64,000 nt of DNA from an uncultured Candidatus Rokubacteria bacterium. GTDB taxonomy: Bacteria > Methylomirabilota > Methylomirabilia > Rokubacteriales > DASRDR01. Under the pieces are notes generated by a model. That model did not search any database and was not told where the DNA came from. It worked only from the letters and a program-made list of their open reading frames with translations. Location of the stretch: NCBI GenBank assembly GCA_963708025.1, contig CAVPSB010000028.1, positions 265 to 64,264 of the forward strand, read 5' to 3'. Made by a program: the position numbers and the translations under genes. Shown here one piece after another: positions 52,131 to 61,882 of the stretch (positions are counted from its first letter, which is position 1; every line of letters starts with the position of its first letter).

Positions 52131-53273
52131 ATGCGCTACACGAGGATCTCCGCCGACTCCCACATCGATCTGCCCTGGCTCCCGCCCGACCTCTTCACGT
52201 CGAACGCCTCGGCGGCACTGAAGGACCGCATGCCCTACGTCACCGAGGGGCCCGACGGTCCGCACTGGACCGCCCGGAACGGCCGGTCGTTCGGCCTCGT
52301 GTGCGGCGTGGGGCCGTCGGGCCAGAAGCAGGTGCCGGGCGCCAACTACCGGGTCAACGTCATGGCGTCCACCGGACTCTACGACGACGGCCGGAAGGGC
52401 ATCCGCCGGGTCACCGATCCGGCGCTACGGGTTCGCGACATGGACCGTGACGGCGTCCAGGCCGAGGTCATCTTCGGGATCCTCGGCGCGGCGACGCGGC
52501 TGGGCGATCACGAGGCCGCCACCGAGATGTTCCGGATCTACAACGACTGGCTCGCGGACTTCTGCCGCCACGCCCCCGACCGCTACATCGGCCTCGCCTG
52601 CCTGCCCTACGGGGACATCGACGCCGCCGTCCGGGAGATCCACCGCGTGGCCAAGCTCGGGCTGCGAGGCGTGGAGCTGTCCTGCTCCTGGGACATGGAG
52701 CCGATGTGGCACCCGGTGTGGGAGCCGCTCTGGAAGGCCGTGGACGAGGTCAACCGGCCGCTCCACTTCCACACCTTCCCGACCCTGCCGCCCGACAAGG
52801 TCACCCAGCAGACGGGACTCACGCGTCGGGCCGCGTTCTTCACCGTCGTCTCCGGCTTCCAGCTCAACCTCGCCAACATCATCGCCGCCGTCATCGGCGC
52901 CGGCGTGCTGGAGCGCTATCCCCGGATCCGGATCTCCTTCGGCGAGAGCGGCATCGGCTGGCTGCCCTACGTGCTCGACCGCATGGACTTCGAGTGGGAG
53001 GACCGCTTCCGCGATCTCGGCTTGACGATGAAGCCGAGCGACTACTGGCGCCGCCAGTGCAAGGCCACCTTCCAGTTCGACCGCATCGGCGCCAAGCTGA
53101 TCGACGACATCGGCGTCGAGACGCTCATGTGGGGCTCGGACTATCCGCACCCCGACGGCGTCTGGCCCGAGTCGTCGAAGTACATCGACGAGCAGTTCGC
53201 CCACCTGCCGCCCGAGATCGCCCGGCAGATCACCTGCGAGAACGCCGCCCGGTTCTACGGCCTGATCGGCTAG
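52131..53273 (+). CDS. Amidohydrolase_2 family protein
   Basis: ISADSH, DMDRDGV, YNDWL, HFH, ESGIGW, WGSDYPH. Confidence 0.92.
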   Translation: MRYTRISADSHIDLPWLPPDLFTSNASAALKDRMPYVTEGPDGPHWTARNGRSFGLVCGVGPSGQKQVPGANYRVNVMASTGLYDDGRKGIRRVTDPALRVRDMDRDGVQAEVIFGILGAATRLGDHEAATEMFRIYNDWLADFCRHAPDRYIGLACLPYGDIDAAVREIHRVAKLGLRGVELSCSWDMEPMWHPVWEPLWKAVDEVNRPLHFHTFPTLPPDKVTQQTGLTRRAAFFTVVSGFQLNLANIIAAVIGAGVLERYPRIRISFGESGIGWLPYVLDRMDFEWEDRFRDLGLTMKPSDYWRRQCKATFQFDRIGAKLIDDIGVETLMWGSDYPHPDGVWPESSKYIDEQFAHLPPEIARQITCENAARFYGLIG

Positions 53274-53482
53274 CCAGACCTCCGCGGGGTTGCTCGCGCC
53301 CTCTTCGGGGCCGGCGCCCTCGGGACAGCCCGGTGGCGATTGCGCCATCCCCATCGACCTGCTAGATTGTGACCGGTCACACCCCACGACATCCGGCGTG
53401 TGCCGAGGAGACCGAACCAGACCCAAGCGATGCGCGCGGGATGGCGTCCAGTCCTCAACCGCTCTCCGAGGGAGGAACCAGC

Positions 53483-54289
53483 ATGTTCAGAAGGCGCTCG
53501 AGCGTGCCCCTCCTCGCCCTGTCGGCGCTGCTCGCCATCATCGTTCACGCGCCACTAGGCGCCAGCGCGCAGACCGTCAACGAGATCATCAAGCGCGGCA
53601 AGGTGATCGTCGGCGTCAACACCACGACGCCCATCTTCGGACTCGCCGGCAAGGATGGCCAGCCAGAGGGATACGATCCCGACGTGGCGCGCCTGGTCGG
53701 CAAGTATCTCGGGGTGCCGGTCGAGTTCGTCCCGGTGACCGGAGCGAATCGCCTTCCCTATCTGCTGACCAACCGCGTGGACATGGTGATCGCGCTGTTC
53801 GGCATCACGCCGGAGCGGGCCCAGCAGATCTGGTTCTCGATCCCCTACGCCAGCGAGGCGGCCGTCCTGGTGGCGCCGGGGCGCCGGGCGATCAAGACCG
53901 TCGACGATCTCGCGGGCCTGCGGGTGGGAGTGCCGAAGGGCGCCATGCAGGATCTCATCCTGACGCCGCAGGCCGGGGCCAAGAACATCAACCTGATGCG
54001 GTTCGACGACGAGGCGACCGGCCTCCAGGCGTTGATCTCCGGCCAGATCGACGTCGTCGGCACCGGTCTCCTGGTGAATCGCACGCTGAACCGCAACGAT
54101 CCCGGGAAGAACTACGAGGTCAAGATCGTGCTGCGCGAGCTGCACTTCGGGATCGGCGTTCGGCGCGGCCAGGTCGAGCTGCTGCAGTGGCTCAACACCT
54201 TCATCTACACCATCAAGAACAACGGGGAGCTCGAGGCCATCAGCAAGAAGTGGCGCGAGCTGCCCCTGGGGACCCTCCCCGTCTTCTGA
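53483..54289 (+). CDS. Polar amino acid ABC substrate-binding protein
   Basis: Signal peptide, GYDPDVA, NRLPYL, ITPERA. Confidence 0.9.
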   Translation: MFRRRSSVPLLALSALLAIIVHAPLGASAQTVNEIIKRGKVIVGVNTTTPIFGLAGKDGQPEGYDPDVARLVGKYLGVPVEFVPVTGANRLPYLLTNRVDMVIALFGITPERAQQIWFSIPYASEAAVLVAPGRRAIKTVDDLAGLRVGVPKGAMQDLILTPQAGAKNINLMRFDDEATGLQALISGQIDVVGTGLLVNRTLNRNDPGKNYEVKIVLRELHFGIGVRRGQVELLQWLNTFIYTIKNNGELEAISKKWRELPLGTLPVF

Positions 54290-54305
54290 GCCGGCGGGAG
54301 ACACC

Positions 54306-55316
54306 GTGGAGTATCGCCGCCTCGGCCGCAGCGGGGTCGAGGTGTCGACGCTCTGTCTGGGTGCCATGCTGTTCGGTGACCGGACCGGCGAGCCGGAGGC
54401 CGCGCGCATCATCCGCCACGCCCGCGACGCCGGCGTCAACTTCATCGACACGGCGGACGCCTACGCCGGAGGCGAGTCGGAGCGGATCATCGGGCGAGCC
54501 CTCCTGGACGAGCGAGACCGGTGGGTCGTGGCCACCAAGGGGGGCACCGCCCTGCCGCCGGCCGGTCCCAACCGGCGCGGGAGCGGCCGGCTCTGGCTCC
54601 TGCGCGCGCTCGAGCAGAGCCTGACCCGGCTGCGGATGGACTACGTCAACATCTACTACCTGCACCTCGATGACCCGGCGACGACGCTGGAGGAGACCGT
54701 CGAGGTCATGGGCGACCTCATCCGGCAGGGGAAGATCCGATACTGGGGCTTCAGCAACTTCCGTGGCTGGCGCATCGCCGAGATGATCCGGCTCTGCGGC
54801 CTCCTCGGCGTGCCCCGCCCGGTGGTCGGCCAGCCCTACTACAACGCGATGAACCGCATGCCGGAGGTCGAGTACCTGCCCGCCTGCGCGCACTACGGCA
54901 TCGGCGTCGTGCCCTACAGCCCGCTGGCCCGCGGCGTGCTCACCGGGAAGTACTCGCCCGACGCGGCGCCGGATCCGACGACCCGGGCCGGGCGCAAGGA
55001 CAAGCGGATGATGGAGACCGAGTTCCGGCCGGAGTCGATGGGCATGGCCCAGACCATCAAGGCCCACGCCGAGGCGCGCGGCGGCACGGCCGTCGGGTTC
55101 GCGGTCAACTGGGTCCTGGCCAACCCGCTCGTGAGCTCGGTGATCGCCGGCCCGCGCACCGAGTCGCAGTGGGAGAGCTACGTCGCGGCCCTCGGGGAGC
55201 GATGGGATGCCGAGGACGAGAAACTGATCGACCGTCTCGTCCCGCCGGGCCATCCCTCGACCCCCGGCTACACCGATCCGCTCTACCCGGTCACGGGCCG
55301 ACCGGTGCCGAGGTGA
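54306..55316 (+). CDS. Aldo/keto reductase
   Basis: YRRLGRSG, FIDTADAY, VATK, YWGFSN, YSPLARG. Confidence 0.93.
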   Translation: MEYRRLGRSGVEVSTLCLGAMLFGDRTGEPEAARIIRHARDAGVNFIDTADAYAGGESERIIGRALLDERDRWVVATKGGTALPPAGPNRRGSGRLWLLRALEQSLTRLRMDYVNIYYLHLDDPATTLEETVEVMGDLIRQGKIRYWGFSNFRGWRIAEMIRLCGLLGVPRPVVGQPYYNAMNRMPEVEYLPACAHYGIGVVPYSPLARGVLTGKYSPDAAPDPTTRAGRKDKRMMETEFRPESMGMAQTIKAHAEARGGTAVGFAVNWVLANPLVSSVIAGPRTESQWESYVAALGERWDAEDEKLIDRLVPPGHPSTPGYTDPLYPVTGRPVPR

Positions 55317-55445
55317 CCGGGCGGCCGGCGCGCGTCGTGGCGCCGGAGACTCTCCTCGGGCGGCCGCGGCAGCCCTCCTGACGCGTCTCGTCAACGCCCC
55401 GCGTCGCCGTGACCGGCCCGGCGCGGGCACCGCAGGGGATGTGGC

Positions 55446-56114
55446 GTGGACTACGTCTTCCAGTTCGGCGTCGTGTGGCGGGACATCGACCGGCTCCTGC
55501 TCGGGGCGTGGCTCACCGTGCGCCTGTCGGCCGCCACGATGGTGCTGGGACTCCTGGTCGGGATCGCGGGCGCCCAGGCCAGGACCGCGCGCTCGAGGCT
55601 CCTGCGCGGAGCCGTGAAGGCCTACATCGAGGCGATCCGCAACACTCCCTTCCTGGTCCAGCTCCTCCTCGTCTACCTCGGCCTCCCCTCGCTGGGCATT
55701 CGCCTGACACCCGGCCAGGCCGCGCTCCTGGCGATGGTCGTCAATCTGGGCGCCTACGCGACGGAGATCGTCCGGGCCGGCATCGAGGCGGTGCCGCGCG
55801 GCCAGATCGAGGCCGGCCGGGCGCTGGGTCTCGGGCCCTGGCCCATCTTCCGCTTCGTCGTCCTGACCCCCGCCCTGAAGGCGGTGTTCCCGGCCTTGAG
55901 CAGCCAGTTCATCCTGGTCATGCTCGCGTCCAGCGTCGTCTCCGTGATCTCGGCGGAGGAGCTGACCGCGGTCGCCGACACGATCGTGACCCGCAACTTC
56001 CGGTCGTTCGAGGTCTATCTCGTCGTCACCGGTCTCTATCTCGCCCTGTCGCTCGGCTTCCAGGCGGTGTTCGCGCTCGTCCACCGCGCGCTGTTCGCTC
56101 GCTGGAGCGCCTGA
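55446..56114 (+). CDS. Amino acid ABC permease (HisM/GlnP-like)
   Basis: RNTPFLVQL, AYATEIVRAGI, GQIEAG. Confidence 0.92.
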   Translation: MDYVFQFGVVWRDIDRLLLGAWLTVRLSAATMVLGLLVGIAGAQARTARSRLLRGAVKAYIEAIRNTPFLVQLLLVYLGLPSLGIRLTPGQAALLAMVVNLGAYATEIVRAGIEAVPRGQIEAGRALGLGPWPIFRFVVLTPALKAVFPALSSQFILVMLASSVVSVISAEELTAVADTIVTRNFRSFEVYLVVTGLYLALSLGFQAVFALVHRALFARWSA

Positions 56115-56120
56115 ACTCCG

Positions 56121-56792
56121 ATGATCCGGGAGTTCACGGCCAGCGAGCTCTGGTTCCTCTTGCTGTCGGTGCGCTGGACCGCTCTCCTCGCGCTGATCGC
56201 CTTCATCGGCGGCGGCGCGGTCGGCTTCGGCATCGCCGTCACGAGGACGGCCAGGCCGCGCATCTTGCGAGCGGCGACCGCGATCTACATCCGGATCTTC
56301 CAGGGCACGCCGCTGCTCATGCAGCTCTACCTGGTCTACTTCGGCTCGAGCTTCTTCGGCATCCGGAGCGACGCGTGGACGGCGGCGGCCCTGGGGCTCG
56401 TCCTCTACTCGGGCGCGTTCCTGGGCGAGATCTGGCGCGGCTGCATCGAGGCCATCCCCCGGGGCCAGTGGGAGGGCTCGGCGGCGCTGGCGCTCAGCTA
56501 TCCGGCTCAGCTCCGCTTCGTCATCCTGCCTCAGGCCCTGCGGATCGCGATCCCGCCGACCGTGGGCTTCCTGGTCCAGATCCTGAAGGGCACGTCGCTC
56601 GCCTCGATCATCGGGTTCACCGAGCTGACGCGAGCGGCGCAGATCGTCAACAACGCGACGTTCCGGCCGTTCATCGTGTACGCCACCGTCGCCGCCCTCT
56701 ACTTCGCCCTGTGCTGGCCGCTGTCCGTGCTGAGCCACCGCCTCGAGCGGCGGCTCGGCCACGAGCTGCGTCCGGTCGCCGCCCAGGTCTGA
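56121..56792 (+). CDS. Amino acid ABC permease (HisM/GlnP-like)
   Basis: QGTPLLMQL, GEIWRG, GQWEG, KGTSLASIIG. Confidence 0.92.
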   Translation: MIREFTASELWFLLLSVRWTALLALIAFIGGGAVGFGIAVTRTARPRILRAATAIYIRIFQGTPLLMQLYLVYFGSSFFGIRSDAWTAAALGLVLYSGAFLGEIWRGCIEAIPRGQWEGSAALALSYPAQLRFVILPQALRIAIPPTVGFLVQILKGTSLASIIGFTELTRAAQIVNNATFRPFIVYATVAALYFALCWPLSVLSHRLERRLGHELRPVAAQV

Positions 56793-56824
56793 GTCGCGTT
56801 ATCCTTCCCCCGGAGGAAACCACC

Positions 56825-57670
56825 ATGCTGATCGTGGACGCACAGGTTCACGTCTGGGGGGCCGACACGCCCGATCGCCCGTGGCCACCCGGCCGGGCCC
56901 ATCAGGCGCAGAAGCCCTACCCCGTCACCCGGGAGATGGTCCTCGACGGGATGAAGGAGGCGGGAGTCGACCGCGCCGTCATCGTGCCGCCGTCGTGGGA
57001 GGGGGACCGCAACGACCTCGCCCTCGAGGCGGCCCGGCTGCACCCCGACCGGTTCGCGGTGATGGGACGGCTGGCCATCGAGAAGCCGGAGAGCCGGACG
57101 CGCGTCGAGGGGTGGAAGCGGTCGCCCGGCATGCTCGGCATGCGCTTCACCTTCCACACCGAGCTCCAGAAGCCGTGGCTCACCGACGGCACCGCCGACT
57201 GGCTCTGGCCGGCCGCCGAGCGGGCCGGCATCCCGGTGATGATCTTCCCCCCCGGCTCGATGCCCGCCGTCGATCGGATCGCCGAGCGTCATCCCGGGCT
57301 CCGGCTCGTCATCGATCACCTGGCCATCGGCACCACCCAGCGCGACGACGCGGCCTTCGCCGACCTTCCGGAGCTCTGCACGCTGGCGCGGCGGCCCAAC
57401 GTCGCGGTCAAGGCGTCGGCGCTGCCCTGCTATTCCACGGAGCCGTACCCGTTCCGCGGGCTCCACAAGCACATCCGCCGGGTCTACGACGCGTTCGGCC
57501 CGCGGCGGGTGTTCTGGGGCACCGACTGGACGCGGCTCCCCTGCCCGTGGCGCCAGGCGGTGACGCTGTTCACCGAGGAGCTGCCGTGGCTCTCGGCCCC
57601 GGACCAGGAGTGGATCATGGGCCGGGCCATTTGCGAGTGGCTGGGCTGGCCGCTGCCGGCTTCCCGGTGA
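56825..57670 (+). CDS. Amidohydrolase_2 family protein (lactonase-like)
   Basis: IVDAQVHVW, VIDHL, NVAVKAS, FWGTDW. Confidence 0.88.
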   Translation: MLIVDAQVHVWGADTPDRPWPPGRAHQAQKPYPVTREMVLDGMKEAGVDRAVIVPPSWEGDRNDLALEAARLHPDRFAVMGRLAIEKPESRTRVEGWKRSPGMLGMRFTFHTELQKPWLTDGTADWLWPAAERAGIPVMIFPPGSMPAVDRIAERHPGLRLVIDHLAIGTTQRDDAAFADLPELCTLARRPNVAVKASALPCYSTEPYPFRGLHKHIRRVYDAFGPRRVFWGTDWTRLPCPWRQAVTLFTEELPWLSAPDQEWIMGRAICEWLGWPLPASR

Positions 57671-57699
57671 CACGGCCCGCCTCGCGACGGAGGACGAGC

Positions 57700-58215
57700 T
57701 TGAAGCCCTGGATCGGCAGCGCGACAGTGAGGACGAGCATCGCGGCCGCGGCGGGCCTGTGCCTCCTGTTCGGGACGTCGGGCGAGGGGGCGAGGGCGCA
57801 GGCACGGAAGGTGTCCGGCAAGGGCGTGGGCGCCCAACGGGTGGCGCGGACCGAGCTGTTCCTGGCGAACATGGATACCGGTATCCTGGAAAGCCTCTCC
57901 CGCATGCTGACCAGTCAGGACCCGGACTGGAACGGCGCCCGGGTCTTCTCCGTCCGCTTCTCGGATCCGCATGCCCGCCGGGAGCGCCACGTGCAGGGAC
58001 ACATGGTGGTGCACTACCCGGGAGGGGACCAGACCTTCCTCACGTACGAGTTCAAGTGGAAGCCGGACGGCGCCGATGCCGACTTCGAGCTCGTCGCGCG
58101 CTTCGTCCGGGGCACCGGCAGGTTCAAGGGGATCAGCGGGTCCTGGCGGGAGCGCGGCCGCTCCACCGTCACCGAGGACACCAGCGAGTGGGAGGTCGAG
58201 TACGAGCTGCCCTGA
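57700..58215 (+). CDS. Hypothetical exported beta-barrel-like protein
   Basis: GGAGG RBS, signal-like N-terminus, RGTGRFKGISG motif typical of dirigent/AOC-like barrels. Confidence 0.6.
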   Translation: MKPWIGSATVRTSIAAAAGLCLLFGTSGEGARAQARKVSGKGVGAQRVARTELFLANMDTGILESLSRMLTSQDPDWNGARVFSVRFSDPHARRERHVQGHMVVHYPGGDQTFLTYEFKWKPDGADADFELVARFVRGTGRFKGISGSWRERGRSTVTEDTSEWEVEYELP

Positions 58216-58245
58216 AAACGGCGGCGGCGCCGCGAGCGGGCCGGC

Positions 58246-59120
58246 TCAGGTCGTGCCGAAGCGCGATGACGAGGCCGACCCCGGCCACCACGAGCACCGC
58301 CGCGACGGCGATCCGCCACGTCACGCGCTCGAGGTCGCGGAGGAAGAGCCACGCCAGCGCGACCGTGAAGATCGCGTGGCAGTTCACCAGGGGCGAGACG
58401 ACCGAGACCTGCGCCGAGCATGAGGGCGCGCCACATCGTCAGGTAGGCCACCCCCTCGGCCAGGCCGGACAGCGCCAGGAGCCGGAGGCCCGGCCGGCTC
58501 ACGCCGACGGTGCCGGTGCCCCGCACGGCGAGGACGACGAGCCACATGACGGCGACCGAGGCGGCGGTGGCCGCGGCCGCGGCCAGCAGCGGGTACGGGA
58601 AGGCGCCGAAGCCCCACCGGCTCAGGTTGTCGCGGAACGCGAACCCCAGCGCCCCGAGGATCGGAAAGACGAGGTCGCGCCGCCGCCAGGCCCGGTCGTC
58701 GCGGCCCCGGGAGGAGAGGAGCACGCCGCCCCCCACGATGGCCGCCGCGCCGGCCAGGAGGCCCCACGACGGCCGCTCCCCCAGGACGAGGACGGCCATG
58801 ATCACGGCGAAGAGCGGGGTGCACGAGGCCAGCGAGGAGGCGCGGGAGGCGCCGACCCGATGCACGCCCAGGTAGAGGCCCACACGGGCCAGGCCCGGCG
58901 CCGCCAGCCCGGCCACCAGGAACGGCCACACGCGCCCTGTGAAGAGCATCGAGAGCGGCTGCGTCGTCACCACCAGCAGCCACACGGTGGCCGCCGTGAA
59001 GTGGACGGAGATGAGGACGGCGGCCAGCGGCGTGGCGTGCTGGAGCCCCCGCTTGACGAGGACGGCCGCCACCGCGAAGGCGAAGGAGGCGACGAGCGCG
59101 AGGAGGGGCGGCCAGGTCAC
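58246..59120 (-). CDS. EamA/DMT family transporter (frameshifts near 58415 and 58265)
   Basis: Two EamA repeats (TPLFAVIMAVLVLGE; IFTVALAWLFLRDLERVT). Confidence 0.85.
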
Positions 59121-59188
59121 CGCGCCATTGTACGGGCACCGGGCGCCCGGGGGCAGGGCCCGTGCGCTATGCTAGCGGAGAGGAAGCC

Positions 59189-59995
59189 ATGGGAGCCGCC
59201 AATCGGGCCGTGACCTCGCGCGAGTACAAGCTCATGCTGAACGTGGACCGGTTCGCCGATCGCGAGCGGGGCACGCGCCAGCTCTGGGCCGTGGTCGAGT
59301 TCCTCGTCGACAAGGCGGGCGGCGTCGTCGCGGAGCAGCAGGACGAGGAGGAGACCCGGGAGACGTTCTACCTCGACACCCCGGGATCCGATCTCCGCCA
59401 GCGGGGACTGGCGCTCCGGGTCCGGCGCGAGAAGGACAAGAAGAAGCGCAAGGTCACGCTCAAGCTGCGCGAGGCCGATCGGTACCTGGCGGCGGCGTTC
59501 GACCTCCGCACGACCGCCGGGGAGCCCGAGTGGAAGTTCGAGCAGGACATCCTCCCGCCCTTCGCCGGCGCCTTCGCCCACTCGGTGTCGTTCGAGACGA
59601 AGCAGGACCCCGACCTCGCCACCGTCGCGGACCTGGTGGCCCTCTTCCCCGGGCTGCAGAGCCTCGCGCTCCCGGCGGCCACCGCGGTGGCCACCGTGAA
59701 CGGCTTCACCGCCCAGGAGGTCGCGCGGAAGCTGGGCAAGCTCCGCTTCGGCGACGCGCCGGTGGTCAAGGCCATGGCGAGCTTCTGGTACCTGGCCGGC
59801 GCCCCCGGCGACTACCCCCTCGTGGCCGAGTTCTCCTTCGACTACGACGCCCCCGGCCCGCCGGACGCGCTCGAGCAGTTCCCGCCCCTCGTCGTGCGCG
59901 GGGCCAACGACCTGTTCGCCAGCCTCCAGCGGCAGCCGGGGTGGCTCGACCTCTCCGGCACCACCAAGACCGCCGCCGCCTACGCCAGCTTCTGA
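59189..59995 (+). CDS. CYTH-like (triphosphate tunnel) domain protein
   Basis: REYK, FYLDT..DL...GLALRVR, VTLK, KFEQD, EFSF. Confidence 0.65.
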   Translation: MGAANRAVTSREYKLMLNVDRFADRERGTRQLWAVVEFLVDKAGGVVAEQQDEEETRETFYLDTPGSDLRQRGLALRVRREKDKKKRKVTLKLREADRYLAAAFDLRTTAGEPEWKFEQDILPPFAGAFAHSVSFETKQDPDLATVADLVALFPGLQSLALPAATAVATVNGFTAQEVARKLGKLRFGDAPVVKAMASFWYLAGAPGDYPLVAEFSFDYDAPGPPDALEQFPPLVVRGANDLFASLQRQPGWLDLSGTTKTAAAYASF

Positions 59996-60013
59996 CGGCC
60001 GAGCCCGACGCCC

Positions 60014-60865
60014 CTACGCGCGCAGGCGCGGGTCGAGGGCGTCGCGGACGGCGTCGCCCAGGAAGTTCAGGCCCAGCACCGTCACGAACAGGGCGGCGCC
60101 CGGCCCGAAGACGATCCAGGGGGCCTGCTGGAGGTAGCCGCGGCCGGCGTTGATCATGCTGCCCCAGGAGGCCTCCGGCGGCTGGATGCCCAGCCCCAGG
60201 AAGGAGAGCGAGGCCTCGGCCAGGATCGCGAACGCCACGCTCAGCGACGCCTGGACCACGATCGGCGTGGCGGCGTTCGGCAGCACGTGGCGCCAGGCGA
60301 TCCGCCAGCCCGGGGCGCCCAGCACCCGGGCCGCCTCGACGTACTCGCGCGCCCGGATCGTCAGCACCTGGCCGCGCATCAGGCGGGCGAAGGTCGGGGT
60401 GTAGACCACGCCCAGCGCGATCAGGACGCCGGTCAGGCCCGCCCCGAGCACGCCGCCGAGCGCCAGCGCCAGCACCAGCGGCGGGAAGGCGAGGACCGCG
60501 TCCATGAGCCGCATCAGCAGCCCGTCGGCGCGGCCGCCCCAGTAGCCGGCCAGGAGACCGAGCAGGCTGCCGGCGACCGCGGCGATGGCCACCGAGACGA
60601 AGCCGGCCACCAGCGAGATGCGCGTGCCCCACATCACGCGGGAGAGCACGTCCCGCCCGACGTTGTCGGTCCCCAGCGGGTGGGTCCGGCCGGGTCGCGC
60701 CAGCGAGTTGCCGATCTCCTGCTTGAGCGGGTCGTAGGGCGCCAGCCGCGGCGCCAGCAGCGCGACCGCCACCGCCGCCAGCACGACGGCCGCCCCCAGC
60801 GGCGCCAGCCGGGCGCCGACCGCCCGGCGGAGCCAGCGCCACCGCTCCCGGGCCGGCCGTCTCAC
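60014..60865 (-). CDS. Peptide/nickel ABC permease (DppC-like)
   Basis: HPLGTD..GRDVLSR, EYVEAA, HVLPN, EASLSFLGLG. Confidence 0.92.
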   Translation of the reverse strand: MRRPARERWRWLRRAVGARLAPLGAAVVLAAVAVALLAPRLAPYDPLKQEIGNSLARPGRTHPLGTDNVGRDVLSRVMWGTRISLVAGFVSVAIAAVAGSLLGLLAGYWGGRADGLLMRLMDAVLAFPPLVLALALGGVLGAGLTGVLIALGVVYTPTFARLMRGQVLTIRAREYVEAARVLGAPGWRIAWRHVLPNAATPIVVQASLSVAFAILAEASLSFLGLGIQPPEASWGSMINAGRGYLQQAPWIVFGPGAALFVTVLGLNFLGDAVRDALDPRLRA

Positions 60866-60893
60866 CAGCCCGGCCGGATGCGCGATCGACCGC

Positions 60894-61838
60894 TCAGCGA
60901 TACCGGATCCTCGGATCGAGCCAGCCGTAGACGACGTTGACCGCCAGGTTCGACAGGATGAAGCCCACGGCGATCAGCAGGACCACGCCCTGCACCAGCG
61001 GGTAGTCCCGGGCGAAGACCGCGTCGACCACCAGGCGGCCGACGCCGGGCAGCGCGAACACGTACTCCGTGATCACCGCGCCGCCGATCAGCGTCCCGAG
61101 CTGGAGCCCGAGCAGGGTGACGACCGGGATCAGGCTGTTCTTCAGGGCGTGACGGGTCAGCACCGCCGGCTCGGACAGCCCCTTCGCCCGCGCCGTGCGG
61201 ACGTAGTCCTCCGAGAGCGCCTCCAGCAGGCTGGAGCGCAGCGTTCGCGCGATCACCGCCGCCAGCGCCAGGCCCAGGGTGATGGCCGGCAGCGTCAGCG
61301 ACCGGAGGCCGCGCACCGGCTCCTCGAGCGGATCGGTGTAGCCGGAGATCGGCAGCCAGCGCAGCGTCACGCCGAAGAAGAAGATCAGCAGCAGGGCGAT
61401 GAGGAAGTTGGGCATGCAGATGCCGAACAGCGCGAACGTGGTGCCGGCGCCGTCGACGGCCGTGTTGTGACGGGCGGCCGAGAGGATCCCCACCGGGAAG
61501 GCCACCAGCAGGGCGATGATCGTCGCGAACAGGGCGAGCTCCAGGCTGGGCCGGAGGCGGCGGCCGACGTTCTCGATGACGGGCTCACGATTGCGGATCG
61601 ACCTCCCGAGGTCGCCCTGCAGCAGCCGGCCCATCCAGGCGAGGTACTGGACGTGGATGGGCTGGTCCAGCCCGAGCTCCCGCCGCAGGGTCGCCTTCAC
61701 GGTGGCGTTGACCGACTCCGCCATCATGGCGTCGATCGGATCGCCCGGCGTCAGGTGCACCAGCGAGAACACCCCGGCCGTGACGAACAGCAGGACCGGG
61801 ATGGCGGCGAGCAGGCGGTGGAGGACGAAGCGACCCAT
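60894..61838 (-). CDS. Peptide/nickel ABC permease (DppB-like)
   Basis: PGDP, GDLGRS, DYVRTARAKG, RDYPLVQG. Confidence 0.92.
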   Translation of the reverse strand: MGRFVLHRLLAAIPVLLFVTAGVFSLVHLTPGDPIDAMMAESVNATVKATLRRELGLDQPIHVQYLAWMGRLLQGDLGRSIRNREPVIENVGRRLRPSLELALFATIIALLVAFPVGILSAARHNTAVDGAGTTFALFGICMPNFLIALLLIFFFGVTLRWLPISGYTDPLEEPVRGLRSLTLPAITLGLALAAVIARTLRSSLLEALSEDYVRTARAKGLSEPAVLTRHALKNSLIPVVTLLGLQLGTLIGGAVITEYVFALPGVGRLVVDAVFARDYPLVQGVVLLIAVGFILSNLAVNVVYGWLDPRIRYR

Positions 61839-61882
61839 GGCGCGCCGCCGTCAGTTGACAGGGGCGTCGCGGGGCGTGCGGC

